A stretch of 64,000 nt of DNA, taken from contig JAQVJU010000001.1 in NCBI GenBank assembly GCA_028694995.1, positions 173,318 to 237,317 of the forward strand, written 5' to 3'. How positions within the stretch are numbered: position 1 is the stretch's first letter; every line of letters begins with the position of its first letter. Source of the DNA: Minisyncoccota bacterium. GTDB lineage: Bacteria > Patescibacteriota > Minisyncoccia > UBA6257. Made by a program: the position numbers and the translations under genes. Positions 51,256 to 61,255 of this stretch are shown here, one piece after another. The notes beneath the pieces were generated by a model that did no database searches, was not told where the DNA came from, and saw nothing but the letters and a program-made list of their open reading frames with translations.

Positions 51256-53370
51256 ATGATCGCTCAAAAGAAAAAGTTTTATAATCGTCTAAAAGAAGTA
51301 AAAAAAAGAACAGGGGAGATAGTTCCTTTTGATAAAAAGAAAATTGAAGAGGTTATCTATAAGGCATTGACAGCAACTGGCGCTGGAGGAAAAACCTTGT
51401 CTCGGGAATTATCCACCCGGGTAATAAAAATTCTTAATCGAAGATTTAAAAATGGAGAAATTCCTTCAGTAGAAGAAATTCAAGATATTGTTGAAGAGGT
51501 TTTAATTTTAGAAAACTTAGTTGAAACTTCCAAAGCTTATATTTTATACCGTGACCAGAGAAGAGCTTTAAGAGAAAGTCGTATTGTCACTGATGAGGCT
51601 ATTAGTTTAGTAGATGAATATTTACAGGTTAATGATTGGGAGGTGAAAGAAAACAGCAATATGGCTTTTTCTTTGCAAGGATTGAATCATTATGTTTCAG
51701 CATATGTGGCTAAGAAATATTGGTTGAGAAAAATTTATCCAAAGGAAGTAAGAGAAGCAGTAGAAAGTGGGGATTTTCATATTCATAATTTAGATATTTT
51801 AGCTACTTATTGTTGTGGTTGGGATTTGTATGATTTGATGTTACAAGGATTTGGAGGTGTTTTTGGCAAAATTCAATCAAAACCACCAAAACATTTTGGC
51901 TCAGCCTTAGGCCAAATAGTTAATTTTTTCTATACGCTGCAAGGAGAAGGAGCAGGGGCTCAGGCTTTTTCTAATTTTGATACTTTATTAGCGCCTTTTA
52001 TTCGTTATGATAATTTGAATTATCAGGAAGTAAAACAGAATTTGCAAGAATTTCTTTTTAATTGCAATGTGCCAACTAGAGTGGGTTTTCAAACGCCTTT
52101 TGAAAATATTACCTTAGATCTAAAAGTACCAAGTCATTACAAAGATTTACCAGTTATTATAGGAGGTCAGCCGCAAAAAGAAACCTATAAAGAATTCCAG
52201 AAAGAAATGGATATTCTCAACCAAGCTTTTTGTGAGATTTATACAGAAGGTGATGCTAGTGGTAGAGTGTTCACCTTTCCAATTCCAACCTATAACATTA
52301 CCAAGGATTTTGAATGGGATAATCCAGCTTATGAAGGTATTTGGCAAATGACAGCTAAATATGGCATTCCTTACTTTTCTAATTTTATTAATTCTGATAT
52401 GAGTCCAGAAGATGCTAGGAGTATGTGTTGTCGGCTTCGTTTGGATAACAGAGAGCTTTATAAAAGAGGAGGTGGTTTGTTTGGCGCTAATCCTTTAACT
52501 GGAAGCATAGGCGTGGTTACTATTAATATGCCTCGTTTAGGTTATCTTTCTAAGACAAAAAAAGATTTTTTTGAAAGATTATTCCATTTAATGGATTTGG
52601 CTAGAGAAAGTTTGGAAATAAAAAGAAAGATTTTAGAAGATTGGACAGACAAAGGTCTTTATCCTTATGCTAAATATTATTTGAGCAATGTTCAAAAAAT
52701 GAGAGGCACTTATTGGGGAAACCATTTTTCTACCATTGGTTTAATAGGAATGAATGAATGTTTGTTGAATTTTCTTGGCATTGATATTGGTAATAAAAAA
52801 GGCATTAATTTTGCAGAAGAGGTTTTAGATAAAATGAGAGAAAGGTTGGTTAAGTATCAGGAAAAAACAGGAAATCTGTATAATTTAGAAGCGACTCCTG
52901 CTGAAGGAACATCTTATCGTCTTGCTTTAAAAGACAAGAAGAAATATCCTGACATTATTGCTGCTGGTGAACAAGAGCCTTATTATACAAATTCCACTCA
53001 ATTACCAGTAAATTATACTGATGATTTGTTTGAGGCTTTAAAACTACAAGATTCTTTACAAACTAAATATACTGGAGGCACTGTTTTTCATGCTTTTTTA
53101 GGTGAAGCAATATCTGATCCTGAAGCAGTAAAATCTTTGATAAAATTAGTTTTTGAAAAGTTTCATTTACCTTATTTCACCTTAACGCCTACTTTTTCTG
53201 TTTGTCCAGTTCATGGCTATATTGCTGGAGAACACTTTGTTTGTCCTCAATGTACAATTGAACAACCTTGCGAGGTTTATTCTAGAATTGTAGGATATTT
53301 AAGACCAGTACAGCAATGGCATAAAGGAAAACAAGAAGAATTTAAAGAAAGATCAACTTTCAATGTTTAA
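51256..53370 (+). CDS. nrdD: Anaerobic (class III) ribonucleoside-triphosphate reductase with ATP cone
   Basis: N-terminal ATP cone (VKKRTGEIVPFD), YCCG, MCCRL, TPAEG, SRIVGYLRP glycyl-radical loop. Confidence 0.95.
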   Translation: MIAQKKKFYNRLKEVKKRTGEIVPFDKKKIEEVIYKALTATGAGGKTLSRELSTRVIKILNRRFKNGEIPSVEEIQDIVEEVLILENLVETSKAYILYRDQRRALRESRIVTDEAISLVDEYLQVNDWEVKENSNMAFSLQGLNHYVSAYVAKKYWLRKIYPKEVREAVESGDFHIHNLDILATYCCGWDLYDLMLQGFGGVFGKIQSKPPKHFGSALGQIVNFFYTLQGEGAGAQAFSNFDTLLAPFIRYDNLNYQEVKQNLQEFLFNCNVPTRVGFQTPFENITLDLKVPSHYKDLPVIIGGQPQKETYKEFQKEMDILNQAFCEIYTEGDASGRVFTFPIPTYNITKDFEWDNPAYEGIWQMTAKYGIPYFSNFINSDMSPEDARSMCCRLRLDNRELYKRGGGLFGANPLTGSIGVVTINMPRLGYLSKTKKDFFERLFHLMDLARESLEIKRKILEDWTDKGLYPYAKYYLSNVQKMRGTYWGNHFSTIGLIGMNECLLNFLGIDIGNKKGINFAEEVLDKMRERLVKYQEKTGNLYNLEATPAEGTSYRLALKDKKKYPDIIAAGEQEPYYTNSTQLPVNYTDDLFEALKLQDSLQTKYTGGTVFHAFLGEAISDPEAVKSLIKLVFEKFHLPYFTLTPTFSVCPVHGYIAGEHFVCPQCTIEQPCEVYSRIVGYLRPVQQWHKGKQEEFKERSTFNV

Positions 53371-53373
53371 GAT

Positions 53374-54069
53374 ATGATTTTTGGCGGTTTGCAAAAGACA
53401 ACCTTGGTGGATTATCCTGGAAAAGTCGCAGCAACTGTTTTTACTGCTGGTTGTAATTTTCGCTGTCCTTATTGTCATAATCCTGAATTAGTTTTACCAG
53501 CAATGATAGAAAAACAACCAAAAATTACTGAGAAAGAAATTCTTGATTTTTTAAAAGAACGCTCAGGTTTTTTAGAAGGATTATGTATTACTGGTGGAGA
53601 ACCAACCATTCATTCTGATTTGATAGATTTTATTCAAAAAGTAAAAGATTTGGGTTTATTAGTAAAATTAGACACTAATGGTTCTTTACCCAAGGTTTTA
53701 GAGAACTTATTAAAAAGTAAATTGATTGATTGGGTGGCTATGGATATTAAAGCTCCAAAGGAAAAGTATGAGCTTTTTACTCAAGGACAAATCAAAGCCG
53801 AAACAATAGATCAAAGCATAAAGATAATAAAGAAAAGTAAAATTGATTATGAATTTAGAACAACCTTAGCTCCGGAAATTTTGACAGAGAAAGATATCCT
53901 AGATATTGTTGATTGGATAAAGCCAGCTAATCGTTATTATCTTCAACAATTTAAAAATGAAAAAACTTTAGATGATAATTTTTTAAATTTTCACAGCTGG
54001 CCTCAAGAACAAGCCGAGGCTTTAATTGTAAAAATAAAACCATTTTTTTCTGAATGTAATTTACGGTAA
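53374..54069 (+). CDS. nrdG: Anaerobic RNR activating radical-SAM enzyme
   Basis: GCNFRCPYCHN, GGEPT; follows nrdD. Confidence 0.93.
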   Translation: MIFGGLQKTTLVDYPGKVAATVFTAGCNFRCPYCHNPELVLPAMIEKQPKITEKEILDFLKERSGFLEGLCITGGEPTIHSDLIDFIQKVKDLGLLVKLDTNGSLPKVLENLLKSKLIDWVAMDIKAPKEKYELFTQGQIKAETIDQSIKIIKKSKIDYEFRTTLAPEILTEKDILDIVDWIKPANRYYLQQFKNEKTLDDNFLNFHSWPQEQAEALIVKIKPFFSECNLR

Positions 54070-54071
54070 AA

Positions 54072-55508
54072 ATGACGCTCTCTCTTTCAAGTCTTTTCCG
54101 TGAAAGTGGGGCGTCTTTTTTAATAGGAATAGTTTTATCTCATTTGGGTTTGTCTTTAGGGGTAAGTTTTATTCTTTGGCTATTTGTTTATATCTTGGTT
54201 TTTAATAATCAAAGATTTTCTTTAATTGGTTTTAAAAAGAAAATATTGATTTGTTTTTTTATCTTTTTAAGTTTTTTTATGGGGTTTTGGCGGGAAAGCA
54301 GTTTTTCAGATAAATTAAACAAGTCAGCTATTAAAAAAACCCAGGAAATAGAGATAGAAGCTATGATTGTTGCTGAGCCAGTTTTAAAAGATGATTATCA
54401 GAGGATAATTATTCCTAATGTGGTTATTTATACTCAAACAATCCCTCATTTTCAATTTGGAGATATTATTCGTATTAAAGGCAAGATTCAACCTTTGGAA
54501 GATTTCTTTTCTTATAGTTCAAATATTGTTTCTGGGAAATTAAGTTATCCAAAGATAGAATTAATTTCTTCAAGAAAATTATCTTTTAAAGGATTGGCAA
54601 TTACTTTTAAAAACAAATTGATTCAATGTTTGCAAAAAGTTATTCCAGAACCACAATCAGGTCTTTTGAGTGGTATTATTTTTGGTAGTAAACAAAGTTT
54701 AACTGATTCTTTAGAAAAAGATATTCGGAAAACGGGTTTATCTCATTTTATAGTTACTTCAGGTTTACATCTGTCTATCTTTGTTAAAATACTTTCAGGT
54801 TTATTAAATGTTTTTAGTTTTGGTAATTTTCTAAATTTTATCTGCTCTAATTTGTTTTTACTGAGCTTTGCTTTTATGGTTGGATTAACGCCTTCGATTA
54901 TTCGAGCAGCAATAATGGCCTTTTTATTAACCTTATCTCATTTTAGTTTTCGTGTTTATAATTCTCTTAATGCTTTGCTTTTAGCGGGATTGGTAATGAT
55001 TTGGTTAAAACCTTTTCTTTTGTTTTATGATTTGGGTTTTCAACTTTCTTTTTTAGCTACCGCAGGCATTTTGTTATTTTATCCAATTTGGGATCAGAGT
55101 TGTTTTTGGCAAAAGAGTTTTTTTAATAATCAAGCAGGGCAAATATTCAAGCAAACAATTCTTTCTTGTTTTGCAGCGTCATTTTTAGTTATCCCTTGGT
55201 TGATTTTTAAAACACAAAATGTTTCTTTAGTGGCTCCTTTGGTTAATGTTTTAGTTATTCCTCTGGCTCCTTTAGTATTGGGTGGAGGTGTGTTAACAGC
55301 TATTTTATCTTTATTAATTCATCCTTTGGGATTGTTTTTAGGGTTTTGGCTTAATATTGTTTTGGTTTATTTTATAAAAGTAATTACTTGTTTTGCTAGC
55401 TTGTCTTGGGCAGAAATTTCTCTTCCTTATATTTTACGTTGGTTAATATTACCTTATTATTTTTTAGTGTTTTTGTATTGTCGTAAAAAAAAATTAATAA
55501 AAACATGA
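54072..55508 (+). CDS. comEC: ComEC/Rec2 competence channel (membrane and OB part)
   Basis: TGLSHFIVTSGLH, PSIIRAAIM, GFQLSFLAT. Confidence 0.9.
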   Translation: MTLSLSSLFRESGASFLIGIVLSHLGLSLGVSFILWLFVYILVFNNQRFSLIGFKKKILICFFIFLSFFMGFWRESSFSDKLNKSAIKKTQEIEIEAMIVAEPVLKDDYQRIIIPNVVIYTQTIPHFQFGDIIRIKGKIQPLEDFFSYSSNIVSGKLSYPKIELISSRKLSFKGLAITFKNKLIQCLQKVIPEPQSGLLSGIIFGSKQSLTDSLEKDIRKTGLSHFIVTSGLHLSIFVKILSGLLNVFSFGNFLNFICSNLFLLSFAFMVGLTPSIIRAAIMAFLLTLSHFSFRVYNSLNALLLAGLVMIWLKPFLLFYDLGFQLSFLATAGILLFYPIWDQSCFWQKSFFNNQAGQIFKQTILSCFAASFLVIPWLIFKTQNVSLVAPLVNVLVIPLAPLVLGGGVLTAILSLLIHPLGLFLGFWLNIVLVYFIKVITCFASLSWAEISLPYILRWLILPYYFLVFLYCRKKKLIKT

Positions 55509-56332
55509 ATAAATCAATAAAATATTTTTTAATAATTCTGATTAGCGCTAATTTGTTTAATTTTTGGATTATTAGTGAAATTTTTTACTTAAAAGAGGAA
55601 AAGGTGAGTTTTCTTGATGTGGGTCAAGGTGATGCAGAGTTGATTCAATCATTGGCAGGTAATATTTTAATTGATGCAGGGCCAAGTTCTAAGATTGTCA
55701 CTGCTTTAGGTGAGGTTTTTCCTTTTTTTGACCAGGTAATAGATTTATTTATTCTGTCTCATCCTGAAAAGGATCATTTTTATGGCATGCTTGAATTGTT
55801 AGATAGATACAAAGTGAGGGCGGTAATGTTGAATAATGTTTTTCATAATAATTCACAATATCAAAAACTTCTCCAAGAACTTTATAAAAGGAATATTTTG
55901 GTGATTCAGGGTTTTCAAGGCATAAAAGTTAGCTTAGGTGAAAATTATTTACAGATTATTTACCCAGAAACAATGGTTTCTTCAGCCCAAAATCCTAATG
56001 ATTTTTGTTTAGTAGCTTATCTTAATTTGAATCAAAACAGTTTTTTGTTTACTGGAGATATTGGTAGTCAGCAAGAGCAAAAGTTAATACCTTTTCTTGA
56101 AAAGAATAAGCAAGGAATTAGAGTTTTAAAAGTTGCTCATCATGGTTCTCGTTTTTCTTCTTCTAAAGAATTTCTTAAAGCCTTTGAACCAAATTATGCA
56201 GTGATAGAAGTTGGTAAGAATAGTTATGGCCATCCTCATCCTGAAGTTTTAGAAAGATTAGAGCAAATAGGGGCTAAGATTTTACGAACAGATTTAGAAG
56301 GCACGATTCGGTTAAAATTAGATAGGCTATAA
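55505..56332 (+). CDS. ComEC C-terminal metallo-beta-lactamase-like domain encoded as a separate gene
   Basis: FLDVGQGD, SHPEKDH, FTGD, VAHHGS, YGHPH; ATGA overlap with comEC. Confidence 0.88.
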   Translation: MNKSIKYFLIILISANLFNFWIISEIFYLKEEKVSFLDVGQGDAELIQSLAGNILIDAGPSSKIVTALGEVFPFFDQVIDLFILSHPEKDHFYGMLELLDRYKVRAVMLNNVFHNNSQYQKLLQELYKRNILVIQGFQGIKVSLGENYLQIIYPETMVSSAQNPNDFCLVAYLNLNQNSFLFTGDIGSQQEQKLIPFLEKNKQGIRVLKVAHHGSRFSSSKEFLKAFEPNYAVIEVGKNSYGHPHPEVLERLEQIGAKILRTDLEGTIRLKLDRL

Positions 56333-56398
56333 CAAGAGTTGCTTTATTAGGTTATTTGTTATAAAATAAAAACAAAATTAATAACTTAATTTAAAAAT

Positions 56399-57820
56399 AT
56401 GGCTAGAATTTGGATAAAAGAAACTCCCAAATATCTTAATGAAGAGATACAAATTTATGGTTGGGTTGATTCTCGTCGTGACCATGGTCAGATTATTTTT
56501 ATTGATTTGCGAGACAAGACAGGAAAAATACAGGTAGTTTTTTCTCCAGAAAAAAAAGAAATTTATAAATTGGCAGAAAAATTAAGAGCAGAATGGGTTA
56601 TTGAGATTAAAGGAAAAGTTAATTCTCGACCTGAGAATATGCAAAATCCCAAGATTGCAACTGGGAAAATAGAAATTGAAGCAGAAGAATTAAAAGTTAT
56701 TAGTGAAGCTGATGCCTTACCTTTTGAAATTTCTGATGTTAAAACTGTAAATGAAGAAACACGCTTAAAATACAGGTATTTGGATTTGCGTTCTCAGCGT
56801 CTAAGAGATAATTTAATCAATCGTCATTTGATAATAAAATTCATTAGGGATTTTCTTTCAGCTAGGGATTTTATAGAAATAGAAACACCAATTTTGACAA
56901 AATCAACTCCAGAAGGTGCTCGGGACTATGTGGTTCCTTCTCGTTTAGAGCCAGGAAAATTCTATGCTTTGCCTCAAAGTCCACAACAATACAAGCAATT
57001 ATTAATGGTTTCTGGGATTGAAAGATATTTTCAAATTGCCCGTTGTTTTAGAGATGAAGATACTCGAGGGGATCGACAACCAGAATTTACTCAGTTAGAT
57101 TTGGAAATGGATTTTCCTACCCAAGAAGATATTCTTCAATTAATTGAACAGCTTTTTAAAGAATTGGTTGCAAAGATTTATCCTAATAAGAAAATCAAAG
57201 AATTTCCTTTTCCTAGGATTACTTATCAAGAAGCAATGGATAAATATCAGAGTGATAGGCCAGATTTAAGGGAAGCTGATTCTAAAGGAGAAAAAGATCC
57301 TGATGAGTTAGCTTTTGCCTTTGTGGTTAATTTTCCTCTTTTTGAATGGAAAAAAGAAGATAAAAGATGGGGGGCAGTTCATCATCCATTTACCAAACCA
57401 AAGATAGAGCCAGGAGAAACTATAGAGCAGGCTGTTCAAAGAATCAAAAAAGATCCCCAATTACCTTTGGCTGACCAATATGACTGCGTATTAAATGGTA
57501 ATGAAATAGGTGGTGGCTCAATTAGAATCTCAGAACCTGAATTATTAGAAGCAATTTTTCAAATTTTAGGCCATCAGCCTGAAGAAATTTCTATGAAATT
57601 TGGTCATCTCTTAAAAGCTTTTAGATATGGCACGCCTCCACATGGTGGGATTGCAATGGGCTTGGACAGAATTGTAATGTTGCTTCAGGATGAACCTAGT
57701 ATTCGGGAAGTAATTGCTTTTCCAAAAACAGGCGATGGTAGAGATTTAATGATGGAAGCGCCTTCATTAATCGATGAAAAGCAGTTAAAAGAGCTTCATC
57801 TCAAAACTTTAAATCCTTAA
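56399..57820 (+). CDS. aspS: Aspartyl-tRNA synthetase (short, lacks GAD insertion)
   Basis: RRDHG, TPEGARDY, LPQSPQ, DRQPEFTQLD, GGGSIR, PPHGGIAMGLDR; only 473 aa. Confidence 0.95.
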   Translation: MARIWIKETPKYLNEEIQIYGWVDSRRDHGQIIFIDLRDKTGKIQVVFSPEKKEIYKLAEKLRAEWVIEIKGKVNSRPENMQNPKIATGKIEIEAEELKVISEADALPFEISDVKTVNEETRLKYRYLDLRSQRLRDNLINRHLIIKFIRDFLSARDFIEIETPILTKSTPEGARDYVVPSRLEPGKFYALPQSPQQYKQLLMVSGIERYFQIARCFRDEDTRGDRQPEFTQLDLEMDFPTQEDILQLIEQLFKELVAKIYPNKKIKEFPFPRITYQEAMDKYQSDRPDLREADSKGEKDPDELAFAFVVNFPLFEWKKEDKRWGAVHHPFTKPKIEPGETIEQAVQRIKKDPQLPLADQYDCVLNGNEIGGGSIRISEPELLEAIFQILGHQPEEISMKFGHLLKAFRYGTPPHGGIAMGLDRIVMLLQDEPSIREVIAFPKTGDGRDLMMEAPSLIDEKQLKELHLKTLNP

Positions 57821-57827
57821 TTCTTTG

Positions 57828-57836
57828 TGCTATAAT
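57828..57836 (+). promoter_or_regulatory. Extended -10 promoter
   Basis: TG-C-TATAAT, 7 nt upstream of the structured RNA. Confidence 0.65.
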
Positions 57837-57843
57837 ACTTACT

Positions 57844-57978
57844 GGGTCTTGTCAGATTAAGGAATGAATCAGGACGTGGATTATCTTAAGGGAGTTCAGT
57901 ATTCTTTGTCCTGCGGGATAAAGGCGCGAACACCCACTTGATACTAGGCTGATTCGACCTTAAGTTCAGACAGGACCC
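57844..57978 (+). ncRNA. Putative 6S-like RNA (rod-shaped hairpin downstream of aspS)
   Basis: Nested stems GGGTCTTGTC/GACAGGACCC, TTAAGG/CCTTAA, GAATCAG/CTGATTC, GTTC/GAAC, CTTTGTCC/GGATAAAG; GC-rich island; own promoter. Confidence 0.65.
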
Positions 57979-58003
57979 TCTATTTAACTTTAATTTATAT
58001 ATT

Positions 58004-58198
58004 ATGCCTCGAACTTGTGGAATTTGCGGAAAAACATATCAAAAAGCAAAACGTTATCGAAAAATACGTTCTGTTTTTAATCCTGTAGCTCGTCATCGTC
58101 AACATCCTAATTTACAATGGTTTAAAATGCCTGATGGGAAAAGAATGTTAATTTGCACAAGTTGTCGCAAGCGCTTGGTAAAAGATATTTCTTCATAA
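58004..58198 (+). CDS. rpmB: 50S ribosomal protein L28
   Basis: MPRTCGICGK...RQHPNLQ...ICTSCRK. Confidence 0.88.
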   Translation: MPRTCGICGKTYQKAKRYRKIRSVFNPVARHRQHPNLQWFKMPDGKRMLICTSCRKRLVKDISS

Positions 58199-58216
58199 TA
58201 TTTAAGATTGTATTAA

Positions 58217-58819
58217 ATGTCTTTTAAAAATGAACAAACCCTTGTCTTAATCAAACCTGATGGAATTCAGCGAAGTTTAATTGGAGAAATTATTTCTCGG
58301 TATGAAAAAACTGGTTTAAAATTAATTGGCTTGAAGTTTGTTTTACCAACACGGGATTTAATAGAAAAACATTATTTGGTAGATCCTGAATGGAAAATTA
58401 AAGTAGGTAAGAAATCCATTCAAGCCTATAAAGAAAAAAATTTAAAACCCCCACATAGTGAAGCAGAAAAAGTTGGGGGATTAATATTAGAAAGATTAAA
58501 GAATTATCTTTCATGTGGACCAGTAGTGGCCATGGTTTGGCAAGGAATGAATGCAGTAGGCGTGGTTAGAAAAATTACTGGTCAGACTGAGCCTTTGGTT
58601 TCTGATGTGGGCACTATTCGAGGAGATTTTACACTTGATTCTAGCGCGATTGCTGATATTGATGATCGGGCAGTTAGGAATTTAGTGCATGCTTCAGGTA
58701 CTGATTCAGAGGCGCAAAAGGAAATTTCTCTTTGGTTTGATCCAGAAGAATTAATTCAATACAAATTAGTTGGAGAATCTATTTTGTATGATGTTAATTT
58801 AGATGGCATTTTAGAATAA
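58217..58819 (+). CDS. ndk: Nucleoside diphosphate kinase
   Basis: EQTLVLIKPDG, GTIRGDF, NLVHAS. Confidence 0.95.
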   Translation: MSFKNEQTLVLIKPDGIQRSLIGEIISRYEKTGLKLIGLKFVLPTRDLIEKHYLVDPEWKIKVGKKSIQAYKEKNLKPPHSEAEKVGGLILERLKNYLSCGPVVAMVWQGMNAVGVVRKITGQTEPLVSDVGTIRGDFTLDSSAIADIDDRAVRNLVHASGTDSEAQKEISLWFDPEELIQYKLVGESILYDVNLDGILE

Positions 58820-58827
58820 ATTTTGAT

Positions 58828-58900
58828 CGGGGCATGGTGTAATGGCTAACATACACGCATGGGGTGCGTGTGACTCTGGGTTCGAGTCCCAGTGCCCCGA
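58828..58900 (+). tRNA. tRNA-Pro(GGG), CCA not encoded
   Basis: Acceptor CGGGGCA/TGCCCCG-A; anticodon arm CACGC-ATGGGGT-GCGTG; T arm CTGGG-TTCGAGT-CCCAG. Confidence 0.95.
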
Positions 58901-58908
58901 CAGAATAC

Positions 58909-59316
58909 ATGAAATTTTTTATAGAAACAAAGGGGCTTAGTGACTTTGTTAATATAACAGAAAAGGTAAAAGAACAGATAGAAAACTCTAATATTGAAAA
59001 TGGGGCAGTTTTGATTTTTGTTTTAGGTACAACTGCAGCAATAACAATTATGGAAGATGAGTCAGGTGTTTTTGCAGACTTAAAAGATATTTTAGAAAAG
59101 ATAGCCCCAGAAAAAGGAGATTATAAGCATCATTTAACAGGTATAGATAATAATGGCGCCGCCCATATTAAATCTGCTCTTTTAAAACCAGACATATTAA
59201 TTCCTTTAGAAAAAGGAAAATTATGTTTAGGTACTTGGCAACAAATCATTTTAATAGATTTTGATGAAAAGCCAAGAACTAGAGAAGTGTTAATAAAAGT
59301 TTTAAAAACTGAATAA
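58909..59316 (+). CDS. YjbQ/UPF0047 family protein
   Basis: TTAAITI.E, NGAAHIKS, LGTWQQI..DFD; true start ATG 58909 (the track start overlaps the tRNA). Confidence 0.9.
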   Translation: MKFFIETKGLSDFVNITEKVKEQIENSNIENGAVLIFVLGTTAAITIMEDESGVFADLKDILEKIAPEKGDYKHHLTGIDNNGAAHIKSALLKPDILIPLEKGKLCLGTWQQIILIDFDEKPRTREVLIKVLKTE

Positions 59317-59323
59317 AATACAA

Positions 59324-60298
59324 ATGAAAAGAATTTTAATATTATCTATTTTCCTGTTTTCTTTAATATTATTAGGAATTGTTTATTCAACTCGTTTTTA
59401 TTCTTTTGAAAAAGAAACAGAAGATCTTTCTTCAGAAATGCCTTTAGAAACGACGACCACGACAAAGGAAGAAACAGTTTTAGAGACAAAAATTTCTTTT
59501 TCTGCCCTGGAAGTTTATCAAGGAGATACATTAGTTATTGTTGCAGAAAATGTTCCAGACCAAGCAGTGGTTAGGGGAGAATTTGATTCTCAGGATTTGG
59601 AATTTTTTTCAATTGAAGGTAAGGATAAACTATTTTCTCTTTTAGGCATTGATGCTAAGAAATCACCTGGAGAATATATTTTATCAATTTTTCTTTCAGG
59701 AGAATTAATGCTTGAAGAGATTATAGAGGTGAAGAAAAGTGATTTTTATATTACTCAAATTGTAATTACTCCTGAATTGGAAGAAAAAGGATTAACCGCA
59801 GATAATATATCAAAAAATATTTCAACAAATGATGGGGTGATTGTTTATGAAATAGTTAACAAATACAATCCAGAGATATATTTTAATAAAAGTTTTGTTT
59901 ATCCTTTAGATGAATTAATTAATGTTGGCGCTTTTGGCAATATTAGAAAAGATAATGGAATAACAATTCAACATTTAGGAGTTGATTTAGATGCAGAACA
60001 AGGAACCCCAATTTATGCCATTAATGATGGTCAAGTGGTTTTTGCAGGAGAATTAACTGTTTATGGGAAAACTATCATTATTGACCATGGTTTAGGGATA
60101 TATTCTCTTTATCTTCATCTTTCTGAATTTAAAGCATCTAAAGGATTAATGGTTGAAAGAGGAGAAATAATAGGTTTAACTGGGAATACTGGTTGGTCAA
60201 CTGGGCCTCATCTGCATCTTTCTGTTAAGGCAAATAAGGCTAGTGTAGATCCTTTGAAGTTTATAGAGGGTTTTGATATAATTTTAAAAGAAGAATAA
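59324..60298 (+). CDS. M23 family metallopeptidase
   Basis: N-terminal TM, HLGVD, IDHG, YLHL, STGPHLH. Confidence 0.92.
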   Translation: MKRILILSIFLFSLILLGIVYSTRFYSFEKETEDLSSEMPLETTTTTKEETVLETKISFSALEVYQGDTLVIVAENVPDQAVVRGEFDSQDLEFFSIEGKDKLFSLLGIDAKKSPGEYILSIFLSGELMLEEIIEVKKSDFYITQIVITPELEEKGLTADNISKNISTNDGVIVYEIVNKYNPEIYFNKSFVYPLDELINVGAFGNIRKDNGITIQHLGVDLDAEQGTPIYAINDGQVVFAGELTVYGKTIIIDHGLGIYSLYLHLSEFKASKGLMVERGEIIGLTGNTGWSTGPHLHLSVKANKASVDPLKFIEGFDIILKEE

Positions 60299-60310
60299 AT
60301 ATTTAAAAAA

Positions 60311-61228
60311 ATGAATAAAACTTATTTAACAATTATTTTAATTTTATTAGGATTAATTTTACTTGGGACTGGTTATTATTTCCTAAATAAAGATGAAGGG
60401 ACAATAGTTTGCACACAAGAGGCTAAAGAATGCCCTGATGGTTCTTTTGTTAGTAGAAAACCTCCTAAATGTGAATTTGATTTATGCCCAGGAGAAGCAG
60501 AAGGAATTTTTGTTTTTTCTCCGAAGAAAGAAGAAACAATTAATAATCCTCTTAAAATAGCAGGACAAGCAAAAGGCTCTTGGTATTTTGAAGGTCAATT
60601 CAATGCTGAATTATATGATGAATATGACTATTTAGCAGGAACAGCAATTTTAACAGCCAAGGATAATTGGATGACTGAAGATTTTGTGGCTTTTGAGGGA
60701 GAATTAGAATTTTCTGGATTTTCTTCAGATACAGGATGGTTACGTTTTCTAAGTGCTAATCCTTCTGGCTTGCCTGAAAATCAGAAAATATATGAAATTC
60801 CTATTAAATTTGAAAGCCCTAAAACAAAGATTTTACTTTATTATTATAATCCAGAATTAGATAAAGATGCATCAGGTAATATTAAATGCAGTCGTGATGG
60901 TTTAGTGGCCATAGAAAAAGAAATTTCAGTTAACCAAACATCTATTCCAGAAGTTATAAATATTTTATTAAAAGGTAAAGAAAATTTATCTTCAGAGCAA
61001 TTAGCTGAAGGAATAACTACAGAATTTCCATTAGAAGGACTAATTCTTGAATCAACAGTTTTAAGAGCTGATGGTACTTTAGTTTTAACTTTTAATGATA
61101 CTTTGAATAAAACTTCTGGGGGTTCTTGTCGGGCTAGTGTTTTGTGGTTTCAAATAGAAGAAACAGCTAAACAATTTACTGATGTAGTAAGGGTAGAATT
61201 TGAACCAGAAGAAGTATTTCAACCTTAA
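60311..61228 (+). CDS. Membrane-anchored protein with Gmad2 Ig-like and GerMN-like domains
   Basis: TM, CTQEAKECPDGS module, G.AKGSWYFEG, NPSGLPEN, GGSCR...QIEET..QF. Confidence 0.75.
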   Translation: MNKTYLTIILILLGLILLGTGYYFLNKDEGTIVCTQEAKECPDGSFVSRKPPKCEFDLCPGEAEGIFVFSPKKEETINNPLKIAGQAKGSWYFEGQFNAELYDEYDYLAGTAILTAKDNWMTEDFVAFEGELEFSGFSSDTGWLRFLSANPSGLPENQKIYEIPIKFESPKTKILLYYYNPELDKDASGNIKCSRDGLVAIEKEISVNQTSIPEVINILLKGKENLSSEQLAEGITTEFPLEGLILESTVLRADGTLVLTFNDTLNKTSGGSCRASVLWFQIEETAKQFTDVVRVEFEPEEVFQP

Positions 61229-61255
61229 AAAATTAGAAAAACTTTTTATTTATAG

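Noticed and set aside
56399-57820. Short aspS as a possible pseudogene
   Set aside because: All catalytic motifs are present in one frame; only the GAD insertion is missing, a known compact form
57844-57978. Possible SRP (4.5S) RNA
   Set aside because: Lacks the conserved helix-8 CAGG..GGAA..AGCA motif
58864-58908. N-terminal extension of the YjbQ ORF in the track
   Set aside because: Overlaps tRNA-Pro; the real start is ATG 58909
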